Shown here piece after piece: positions 1 through 7,242 of a DNA stretch of 33,914 nt. Origin of the DNA: an uncultured Candidatus Peribacteria bacterium (GTDB lineage Bacteria > Patescibacteriota > Gracilibacteria > BD1-5 > UBA2023); contig CAZRBF010000003.1 in NCBI GenBank assembly GCA_964598195.1, forward strand, positions 2,251 through 36,164, in the 5' to 3' direction. Positions within the stretch are counted from its first letter, which is position 1. Every line of letters starts with the position of its first letter. Under the pieces are notes generated by a model that saw nothing but the letters and a program-made list of their open reading frames with translations, searched no databases and was not told the origin of the DNA. Both the position numbers and the translations under genes were made by a program.

Positions 1-575
1 TCGGGGATGAGGTGTGAGAAAATGAGGGAGCTCAGTTCCTGAGAAAAGAAAACCTCAACGGAAAATATATCCTCTGTGTATGAGAACTCCGAGAATACAA
101 AAATATCCCACGTCTGCTCACAGCATACAATCTGCTCGTGAAAGAAGATAAGACAGACATTGATCTCATACTTATCTGAAAAGAGGATCCATCATATCAT
201 GAGATACGCTCGACTCTCATAGCGCTCGGACTTCAAAGTCGTGTGCATATATACAATGTGCTCGACGATGAGAAAATTGGACTCCTCTATCAAAATGCTT
301 CTCTCTATGTTCTACCATCGCTCTATGAGGGATCAGAACAGGCTATTCTCGAACCACTCTCATACAATATTCCTATTGCAAGTGCATCGCTTCCGAGCAT
401 CACCTCCATCCTCACTAAAGATGATGCGCTATTCTTCCGTCCGATGAGCGTTTCAGATATTCGTGATGCCCTAAAAAAAGGCCTTTCAAATCCCATGAAA
501 AAAGATATAATAAGAGATATGTCCAGACATGACGTATCGAATATAAGTAGGCAAATACTCAAAACTTTTTCTTAA
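1..575 (+). CDS. Glycosyltransferase family 1 (GT4-like), C-terminal part; 5' end is outside the window
   Basis: Frame 3 is open from the window edge if TGA at 15-17, 81-83 and 177-179 is read as Gly: ...KYILCV-G-ELREYKNIPRLLTAYNLL...DLILI-G-KEDPSYHEI...LYVLPSLYEGSEQAILEPLSYNIPIASAS. This is the GT-B sugar-nucleotide binding half. TAA stop at 573-575. Track ORF 243..575 is only the tail. Confidence 0.8.
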
Positions 576-595
576 TTCATTATTTTTCTTAACCC

Positions 596-1954
596 ATGGA
601 AACAAATATCATTTTCTCACTCTTTATAGCAACTGTCCTCGGAGGACTTGTGGGATTGGAACGAGAAATGTCTGGAAAAACATACTCCAATGAGACGCAC
701 GATATACACTTCTGAGGGGTGAGATCATACGCACTGATAAGCCTCCTTGGGGCACTTTGTGCATGGATAGACACACTGTATTCTACCCATCTTTTTGTGC
801 TCGCATGAATGGGACTCAGTGCGCTACTTATAGTCATTTCGTACGCCTACACAGCTTTTCAAAGAGATTCCATAGGAGTAACAAGTGAGTATGCCGCATT
901 TATCGTCTATTTTCTGGGGATCATAGCCATGATGGGAAATTATATCCTTTCTGTTGTGCTTACTATTTTTCTCATGGTCATCCTCTCTTCAAAAGAGCAT
1001 TTTCAAACCATTCAATCAAAGATTACTCGGGAAGAGTTTCAGAATGCCATCAAGTTCGGAGTTATCGCCTTCATCATACTCCCCCTTCTTCCCAGTGCAA
1101 AATTTTCTTTTAGTGATATAGCAACATTTTTTGGTATAGCCACATCATTTGACTTTCGACTCTGGACGATGGATTTCTTTAATCCTTATGGAATCTGGTT
1201 CTTCGTTGTTGCTATGTCTGCTATCGAATTCATCGCCTACATTCTCTCAAAGGTTCTTGGGGATCGAGGTGGTATCATAATATCCTGAGCTGTTTGAGGA
1301 CTGGTATCATCAACAGCCGTTACGGCAACCATGACACAAAAAAGTAAAGACTCACCAAAAAATCGATCTTCCTATATAGTTGGAACTCTCGTGGCAACTT
1401 CTATAATGCTTATTCGAGTTATCCTCATCACTGCTGTTTTTGCTTTTGCCCTCCTAAAAACAATAGCCGTTCCCATGCTACTCATGTTGGTAGTAATGAT
1501 CAGCTTTATCGTATACCACTTTATCCGAGCCAAAAGCGAGACAAACGAAGTGGCAGTTCATATGGAAGAGGAGCTCAAAAGTCCATTTGAAGTGCTTCCT
1601 GCTATGAAATTCGCTCTTCTTATTCTTCTCATCAAATTCCTCTCTGCCATCGGAGTCACCTACAAAGATGTATTTGATCCCCAGATTCTCTATTATGTGC
1701 TCTGAATGGTCTCCTGACTTGCTGATGTAGATGCCATTACTCAAGACATGACTCAAAAAGCAAGTGAAAACGCGATTGCACCGCTCGTAGCAACCGTCAC
1801 CATTCTCATAGCTGTTATCTCCAATAACCTCGTAAAAGCCAGTATTGCATGGAGGCTTGGCGAACCGATCTACGGAAAAAAGGTCATGACCGCTTTTGCA
1901 TTTTCCATATTTGCTGGAGTGCTTGGAATTACAGGAATGTGGATAATGGGATAA
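596..1954 (+). CDS. MgtC/SapB-family membrane protein with DUF4010 domain
   Basis: ATG at 596. Track ORFs 809.., 1331.. and 1748.. share one frame and join through six in-frame TGA (713, 806, 1286, 1295, 1703, 1712). Motifs: GGLVGLEREMSGK, GVRSYALISLLGA, SGAVGGLVSSTAVTATM, VSGLADVDAITQDM. I checked codon by codon from 596 to 809 and found no TAA/TAG. TAA stop at 1952-1954. Confidence 0.75.
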
Positions 1955-1967
1955 TTACAAGAGTATT

Positions 1968-2603
1968 TTATTTTTTACATCCACATCCCTTATCCGTAAA
2001 AAATGGAACTTCTGGTGCATTGCATGCAAATTTAATATTGCTACACATATTGGCATCTCGGCTAATATAGCGCATTCCCGCTACTTCATCGGTCAAGTAG
2101 GATATATCGGTTTGGACAAGATTTTGAAGAAAGAGAAGTGCATATTTCATGCGGTCATTCATCATCTCCTGTGTAAGTGTCTTTGGAATCGCCCCATTCA
2201 GAGAAAGAGTATTCAATCGGGTAACTATTCGATCATTGAGCGCATTCAATCGTGCAAGTCGATCACTGGCAGTAAATCCAGCAATACGAACGATAAACAC
2301 GTCATACTGTCGTTTCAGTGAATTCTGGAGTCTCTCCGAAAGAACGGCTGAGGATCACTCCTCTGTAGCCTTACATTCACCATCATGAGCAAATGTCGCA
2401 GCGCTTTCCTGCGTCATGACACACATGTTAGAAAAGGTCTTATAAATCGGATAGCAAGGCGCTCGTATACACTGCACCTGCACTTTGGCACACACCGGTG
2501 TGTAGTCCATAGTACACATCATCAGGTCCGAAGTCGCTGCTGAAACCGAAGATGTCACCAAATAACCCGCAAGAGCCAATAAAAAAAGAAAAAAGTGTTT
2601 CAT
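1968..2603 (-). CDS. Secreted cysteine-rich protein with Kazal-like domain
   Basis: Track ORFs 2355..2603 and 1968..2300 are in the same frame and are separated only by TGA at 2355-2357, giving 211 aa. Signal peptide MKHFFLFLLALAGYLVTSSVSA. Six-Cys module C-x7-C...YTPVC...KTFSNMC...HDGEC resembles Kazal YxPVCG/TYxNxC/HxGxC. A second Cys cluster sits at the C-terminus (CSNIKFACNAPEVPFFTDKGCGCKK). TAA stop at 1968-1970. Confidence 0.6.
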
Positions 2604-2757
2604 ATGGGATAAATATAAAAAATAAGCTCAGTCTACCTCTTTAAAACGAATGCCAAGCAAAAAAGTGACAAGAATCTTTTTTTCCTCGCTAAATAACGCA
2701 TTTCTATTTGGCTTTTCTCTGTCTAGAGCGAGTAACAATCCTAATTTAAAAAAAATT

Positions 2758-2785
2758 TTGCAATTACGAGTTTTTTCCATATACT
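2758..2785 (+). promoter_or_regulatory. Sigma-70-like promoter upstream of tRNA-Arg
   Basis: TTGCAA (2758-2763), 16-nt spacer, TATACT (2780-2785), about 30 nt before the tRNA 5' end. Sequence pattern only. Confidence 0.4.
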
Positions 2786-2816
2786 GCGTCGGCTTTCTCT
2801 GGAAAGAGATGTATTT

Positions 2817-2893
2817 GCATCCATAGCTCAACTGGATAGAGTAGCGGTCTTCGAAGCCGTTGGTTGTAGGTTCGACTCCTACTGGGTGCACCA
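2817..2893 (+). tRNA. tRNA-Arg (anticodon TCG)
   Basis: Hand-folded cloverleaf. Acceptor GCATCCA/TGGGTGC, D arm GCTC..GAGT with A20, anticodon stem GCGGT/GCCGT, loop CTTCGAA (anticodon 2851-2853). T arm GTAGG-TTCGACT-CCTAC, discriminator A, encoded CCA. Confidence 0.9.
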
Positions 2894-2983
2894 TTAAAGT
2901 ATATACAAACTCGAAATTTTAGCTTAAATCTCCGTTTTTTCGATCGCTGTACTCTATCGTACAGCTTCCTCAAAATACTCGAT

Positions 2984-3012
2984 TTGCACTCAAATTTCAT
3001 CGCTTCTATACA
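2984..3012 (+). promoter_or_regulatory. Sigma-70-like promoter upstream of tRNA-Leu
   Basis: TTGCAC (2984-2989), 17-nt spacer, TATACA (3007-3012), about 48 nt before the tRNA. Sequence pattern only. Confidence 0.35.
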
Positions 3013-3060
3013 CTTTACAGGATTTAGATAACCTCAAAGAAAAGAAACTTTTTTACACCC

Positions 3061-3144
3061 GCCCGGGTGGTGGAATGGTAGACACGTACGCTTGAGGTGC
3101 GTATGCCGAAAGGTGTGTGGGTTCAAGTCCCATCTCGGGCACCA
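3061..3144 (+). tRNA. tRNA-Leu (anticodon GAG), class II with long variable arm
   Basis: Acceptor GCCCGGG/CTCGGGC, 3-bp D stem GTG/CAC, anticodon stem TACGC/GCGTA, loop TTGAGGT (anticodon 3094-3096). Long variable arm, T arm GTGGG-TTCAAGT-CCCAT, discriminator A, encoded CCA. Confidence 0.9.
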
Positions 3145-3159
3145 AAGAAAACCAAACAA

Positions 3160-3187
3160 CTCACGTGAAAACGTGGGTTTTTGTTTT
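3160..3187 (+). terminator. Intrinsic terminator after tRNA-Leu
   Basis: CTCACGT-GAAA-ACGTGGG hairpin with a GAAA tetraloop, followed by TTTTTGTTTT. Confidence 0.6.
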
Positions 3188-3204
3188 CTTTGTGCACGTT
3201 AGAT

Positions 3205-3365
3205 GATGGGACTTGAAGCCGTAGCGACACCTCCAAGCTCGAAGAGCGAGGAGGGAAAAACGTGCCCAAAGGCACGTTTCGTCGCAAGGAGTTCTGAAGT
3301 ACGAGTATCCGCGTCCGAATGGACCGGTACGACATTCTGAAGAAAAAGTCCCATCTCGGGCACCA
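3205..3365 (+). ncRNA. Candidate structured RNA element E1 (unclassified), ending in a copy of the tRNA-Leu 3' end with CCA
   Basis: GATGGGACTT (3205-3214) pairs with AAGTCCCATC (3346-3355). Internal helices: GCGAC/GTCGC, CCTCC..GGAGG (with inner GCTC-GAA-GAGC), AAACGTGCC-CAAA-GGCACGTTT and GTCC-GAAT-GGAC. The same architecture recurs in E2 with compensatory changes. A terminator follows. Strand is inferred from the downstream T-runs. I did not recognise a family. Confidence 0.45.
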
Positions 3366-3366
3366 A
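3346..3366 (+). repeat. Perfect 21-nt direct repeat of the tRNA-Leu 3' end (att-like)
   Basis: AAGTCCCATCTCGGGCACCAA at 3346-3366 is identical to 3125-3145 (T-loop end, T-stem 3' strand, acceptor 3' strand, CCA plus one nt). Confidence 0.85.
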
Positions 3367-3378
3367 TTTGATAAAAAC

Positions 3379-3409
3379 ATATCCTTCGTGAAAACGAGGG
3401 ATATTTTTT
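3379..3409 (+). terminator. Intrinsic terminator after element E1
   Basis: ATATCCTTCGT-GAAA-ACGAGGGATAT hairpin followed by a T-run. Same GAAA-loop design as the tRNA-Leu terminator. Confidence 0.6.
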
Positions 3410-3430
3410 AGCAAAAAGATACAAGAGAGA

Positions 3431-3584
3431 GATGGGACCTGAAGCCGTAGCAACCCTATCGACGAAGGAGATAGGTAAATATGCCTTGAATGGCATATTT
3501 TGTTGCAAGGAGTTTTCTGAAGCGAGAGTTCGTTTGAAAAACGAAATCGACACTGAAGAAAAAAAGTCCCATCTCTCTCCCCAA
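3431..3584 (+). ncRNA. Candidate structured RNA element E2 (diverged paralogue of E1) with degenerate tRNA-3'-end tail
   Basis: GATGGGACCT (3431-3440) pairs with AAGTCCCATC (3564-3573). Helices: GCAAC/GTTGC, CCTATC..GATAGG, AAATATGCC-TTGAA-TGGCATATTT and TTCGTT-TGAAA-AACGAA. Conserved joints CAAGGAGTTTTCTGAAG and CGACACTGAAGAAAAAAA. The tail TCTCTCCCCAA is a decayed version of TCGGGCACCAA. Confidence 0.4.
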
Positions 3585-3600
3585 TAAACACTATTATTTT

Positions 3601-3628
3601 TTGATTTTGATGAAAATCTCCCTACACT
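3601..3628 (+). promoter_or_regulatory. Possible promoter of the RhuM gene
   Basis: TTGATT (3601-3606), 16-nt spacer, TACACT (3623-3628), 40 nt before the ATG at 3668. Pattern only. Confidence 0.3.
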
Positions 3629-3667
3629 ATGACTTTGTGAGTTCTAAAAAATTTCCAAATTTCTCCT

Positions 3668-4693
3668 ATGCAAACCATTGTTTATACCGATCCATCAACG
3701 AATCTTAATGTCTCTGATGTTATATTTTTCCACGACACCATCTGGATGACTCAGACACAGATGTCCAAACTTTATAATACTGATGCGAGTGGTATTTCTC
3801 GGCATATTACAAAAATCTATACTGATGGCGAGCTTGATGAACTCAAGACTTGTACTGATGACAGTAAATTGCAAAAAATGCAAAATACGCAAAATAGCTT
3901 CAAGAAGCCAAAAAAGTACTATAATCTTCAAATGATTATCGCAATTGGATTTAAGGTGAATTCTCCTCAGGCAACCAGTTTTCGTACCTGGGCAAATACT
4001 ATAATCGATGAATATTCACGGACTGGGTATGCGCTTGATGATGACCGTCTCAGATGAGGTCAAACTTTCTCTCCGAAGAGAGACTACGACCGACTCATGG
4101 AACGAATTCGAGCCATCAGATTTGATGAAAGAAATATTTATGAGAAAATCAAAAATCTTTTCACGACCGCCAGTGATTATGATAAAACGAGTAGCCGAGC
4201 TATTGAATTTTTTCAAACAATCCAAAATAAGTTCCACTACGCAATTGTTGGTATGACTTCCCCAGAGATTCTTATGGATCGTGTGAATAGCAATAAGCCA
4301 GCTCTCGGGATGGTACATCACACAAAGAAAAATATAACTCTCTCGGAAGCAACTATAGGGAAAAATTATCTGCTGGAGGGAGAATTACGTAAACTGTATC
4401 TTCTTTGTGAACAATTCTTCGCATTCGCAGAGCTTCAGTATGCCTATGAAAGGGATTTGACTATGCAAGACTGGGTAACTTATCTCGATGAACTTTTACG
4501 AATGAACAAGCTTGAAATACTCCCGGGAAAATGAAATGTTAGTCGAGAAAAAGCAGAAGAATATGTGAAAAAACAAATGGCAGAATACCAGCAAAAATGG
4601 GGATCACTCGAAGTATATATCGAATGAGCAGAGTATTTAATAGACCGGGGAAATGTAAAAAATCTGAGTGATCATATGAAGCTAATTATTTAA
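3668..4693 (+). CDS. RhuM-family (virulence-associated) protein
   Basis: Track ORFs 3668..4057 and 4097..4534 are in frame. In-frame TGA at 4055, 4532 and 4625 extend the gene to TAA at 4691-4693 (341 aa). RhuM-like motifs: IWMTQTQMSKLYNTDASGISRHITKIYTDGELDE, YYNLQMIIAIGFKVNSPQATSFRTWAN, GYALDDDRLRGG, HYAIVGMTSPEIL, LEILPGKGNVSREKAEEYV. Confidence 0.8.
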
Positions 4694-4810
4694 CCTTTAC
4701 TATGCAGTAAACGCACTGTCTATTATCCAATCCTATATAGATTTCTTTTGTTCTCTTAAATAGACAAATCGTTTATCTAGAATTCAACTTTGAGAAAGAT
4801 AAGACTAGGG

Positions 4811-4839
4811 AAAAAACTGCATGAAAATTGCAGTTTTTT
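4811..4839. terminator. Hairpin terminator flanked by A- and T-runs (can act in both directions)
   Basis: AAAAAACTGCA-TGAAAAT-TGCAGTTTTTT, followed by a tandem CACATTTTTT x2. Confidence 0.5.
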
Positions 4840-4929
4840 CACATTTTTTCACATTTTTTTCCGTTTTTAAAAGTTCTCCCTATAATCAAAACCATTCGTA
4901 ATATTTTTACCTCTTAAGTTTTCGTTTCT

Positions 4930-5703
4930 ATGAAAAAAATTTCAGTTCTCGTTATATGTACTCTACTTCTTGTCTCCTGTGGTCAGAAAGAAGTAGTAGT
5001 ATCACCTCCTCCATTAAAAACAGGAACTGGAGCTCCTGTTTCGAAAATAGAAAGCGCTTCAGTTGTTGAGAAACAAAGTAATACAAAAGAGTTTTGACCT
5101 TATCGATATATAGAGGACTTTACATATTCCCCAGACTGAAAAAGCCTTGCTTTTATGGCTGAAAATGATTGAAAACAATTTGATTTTAATAATGAATGAA
5201 AAAGTTTCATCGTAAAGGATGGGATTGAGATAAAAAATTATGATTCTTTAAGATACCCTACCTATTCACCAGATGGTAAAAGCTTTGCTTTTCGAGCTAA
5301 GAAAGATGGGAAATATTTCATAATAAAAGATGGAGTTGAGAGTAGCAAGAAATACGGCTACATTGACGAACTTACTTATTCACCGGATGGTAAAAGCTTC
5401 GCTTTTATGGCAGAAAATGATTGACAACAACTGAATGACTGAAAAAGTTTCATAATAAAGGATGGGGTTGAGAGCGAAAAATATGAATTTATATACCAAC
5501 CTAAATTTTCACCAGATGGTAAAAATTTTGTATTTACAGCGACGAAAAACTGAAAAACATTTATTATAAAAAATGGAATTGAATTAACTGTGTATGATTC
5601 TGCGAGTGAACCTATATTTTCACCAGATGGGAAAAATATGGTATTTGTAAATTGAAATGATCAACAAAGACTGATTGTCTATTCATTAGAAACTGAAAAA
5701 TAA
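4930..5703 (+). CDS. Lipoprotein with TolB/PD40-like beta-propeller repeats
   Basis: The track has no ORF here. It is one open frame of 257 codons if eight in-frame TGA are read as Gly; I checked it codon by codon. Lipobox MKKISVLVICTLLLVSC. Five to six repeats of Y/F-SPDGK-x-FAF...DGK-x-F-I-I-KDG-V-E. TAA stop at 5701-5703. Confidence 0.75.
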
Positions 5704-5821
5704 CATTTCTCCCCTCTTGACATAATTCCTTTATTTTCCCATCCACAATGGAACACTTAATATAAGGCCTGCTCGAAAAATGAAATGAAGACATTCACTA
5801 TTGACTGTCAATCTCACATTT

Positions 5822-6604
5822 TTAATCCACTAGATTCTTGCACTTTGGTAGCAATGGAAAAAATATGCTGGTTTTTTTCTTGTATGCCTCAAAATCAGGA
5901 CGTCATGCGTATTTTTTCTCGAGAAGTGGTACTCAAGAAACAAAGAGTATAAGAATAGTAATCGTCAGGGATCAAAGGAGTCCCCATGGCTCTTGGGTGC
6001 TCAGTGAAACAATACCCACTCACCACCAGAGGACAACTTCACCAAAATAGTTTGGATGACGACTATACTTCCATAAACCCGTTTGCATGAGCTTGCCTCT
6101 GTTTTCGGGATGTTTTAAAAAATTTTGGAGCTCTGAATCGGCAATCATCTCAAAGAAGAAACCAAATAATCAGATTATGACGCCGAGAAAAAAGAGACCA
6201 CGAGATTGGATAGTCTGATTTGCATTAATGAGTAGAACAGGGAGAGAAACCAAAAACAACAAGACTCATTGAAGTATGAAAACCTGGAAATACGATCGCA
6301 CATAAAACCATTTCTTGTTCCAAGCACTACGCCATACGCCATAACGCGCATCTTCTGGTTTGTGTCGATGCCGATTAAATATATGCCAAGCGAGACGTAT
6401 TCACCAAACCGTCACAAAGATATTTATGAGCAATCATTGCCAAGTATGTACTTGAGCGAGCCAATATGAAAGCCAGGATATCATGACAAATCAGAGGCCC
6501 CAGGCGACATCAGCAACATCGTTTCTAGATTGGATGACTGATACTATGAACCAAGCGGTCATATACAACCAGACTACAAGAATTAGAGTCGAGAGATCGT
6601 TCAT
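5822..6604 (-). CDS. DUF1295 / steroid 5-alpha-reductase-like membrane protein
   Basis: 260 codons, open when nine in-frame TGA are read as Gly; all triplets checked. Polytopic membrane protein with the C-terminal hallmark [19 protein letters not shown]. An alternative start at Met15 (6562) is possible. TAA stop at 5822-5824. Confidence 0.75.
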
Positions 6605-6999
6605 ACTCAGATTTTTATGGCTATAAAATAGGTCAAAACTGACACAAGAGCACCGAGAGTTATACCCCATGAGAGATCAACTATAGTGACCAAAAGTGGC
6701 CAGTTTTTCAGAGTTGCAAGATTCGTCAAATCATATGTTGCATAAGTGATACCACCAAAAAATGCCCCATAAACGAGAGCGTGCAGAGGTGAGTTCTTTT
6801 CTACAGCAGGTTGTATCACAAAAGATACAAGTCCGAATATAAATACGAGATAAAAAGTGATAGCTGCCCACCAATTGATATCCACTTTCATAAGAGATCC
6901 TATCTGAGCACGATAGAAGTTCTTGGCAATAAGTCCGAGCCAGATCATGTCGATAGCAAAAAAAACGGGGAGCGCTATACAATACAGCTTGAAGAGCAT
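6583..6999 (-). CDS. DUF2177-family small membrane protein
   Basis: Track ORF 6607..6999 (MLFKLYCIALPVFFAIDMIWLGLIAKNFY...YGAFFGGITYATYDLTN). Its TGA at 6607-6609 and a second at 6601-6603 are sense codons in table 25. The first real stop is TAA at 6583-6585. Confidence 0.7.
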
Positions 7000-7000
7000 A

Positions 7001-7147
7001 TTATTTATTGAGATATGTGATAGAAAATTGTAAAACTGTAGCGATTAAAACCCATGTAAGATACGGGATTTGTATATAGGTGATCCAGGGTGTATATCGA
7101 TACATAGCAATCATCGCCCAAATAAGTGAGGAAAGTACAACAACTCA
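7001..7147 (-). pseudogene. TspO/MBR-family remnant (C-terminal helix only)
   Basis: One frame reads ...LIWAMIAMYRYTPWITYIQIPYLTWVLIATVLQFSITYLNK then TAA (7001-7003), which matches the TspO C-terminal PYLxWVxFAxxLNxxI motif. It is blocked upstream by TAA at 7148-7150. A TspO-like FWIMSILYIMS piece lies in another frame at 7140-7175. There is too little room (243 bp) for an intact 150-aa gene. Confidence 0.4.
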
Positions 7148-7242
7148 TTATATACAAGATCGACATAATCCAAAAAGATTTACTTATCTCGAAAAAGCCG
7201 AAAAGTCTACAGTCAAGTCAAATTTATATTGTCAATCTCGTT

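Noticed and set aside
3205-3584. E1/E2 as tmRNA, RNase P RNA, SRP RNA, 6S RNA or a hammerhead ribozyme
   Set aside because: There is no complete T-arm or 5' acceptor strand (tmRNA). There is no GAGGAAAGUCC..ACAGAA P4 pair and the length is wrong (RNase P). There is no GGAA/AGCA SRP domain IV motif. A multi-helix junction replaces a long bulged duplex (6S). CUGAAGA is present but lacks the stem II-GAAA-stem III arrangement (hammerhead). This was judged by eye only; a covariance-model scan could overturn it.
3123-3591. Three long overlapping minus-strand ORFs (3123..3380, 3161..3553, 3199..3591; 85-130 aa)
   Set aside because: All three frames are open at once only because the plus strand here lacks TTA/CTA/TCA triplets. 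The ORFs run antisense through tRNA-Leu and the hairpin-rich elements, have no start context and show no recognisable protein features. The region is better explained as RNA or repeat sequence.
4840-4860. Tandem CACATTTTTT x2 after the RhuM terminator
   Set aside because: It is a two-copy, 10-nt T-rich duplication within a terminator tail. It is too short and simple to interpret.
5838-6469. Plus-strand ORFs 5838..6050 and 6269..6469
   Set aside because: They are antisense to the DUF1295 gene, which I verified triplet by triplet on the minus strand and which contains the SRHPNYFGE hallmark.
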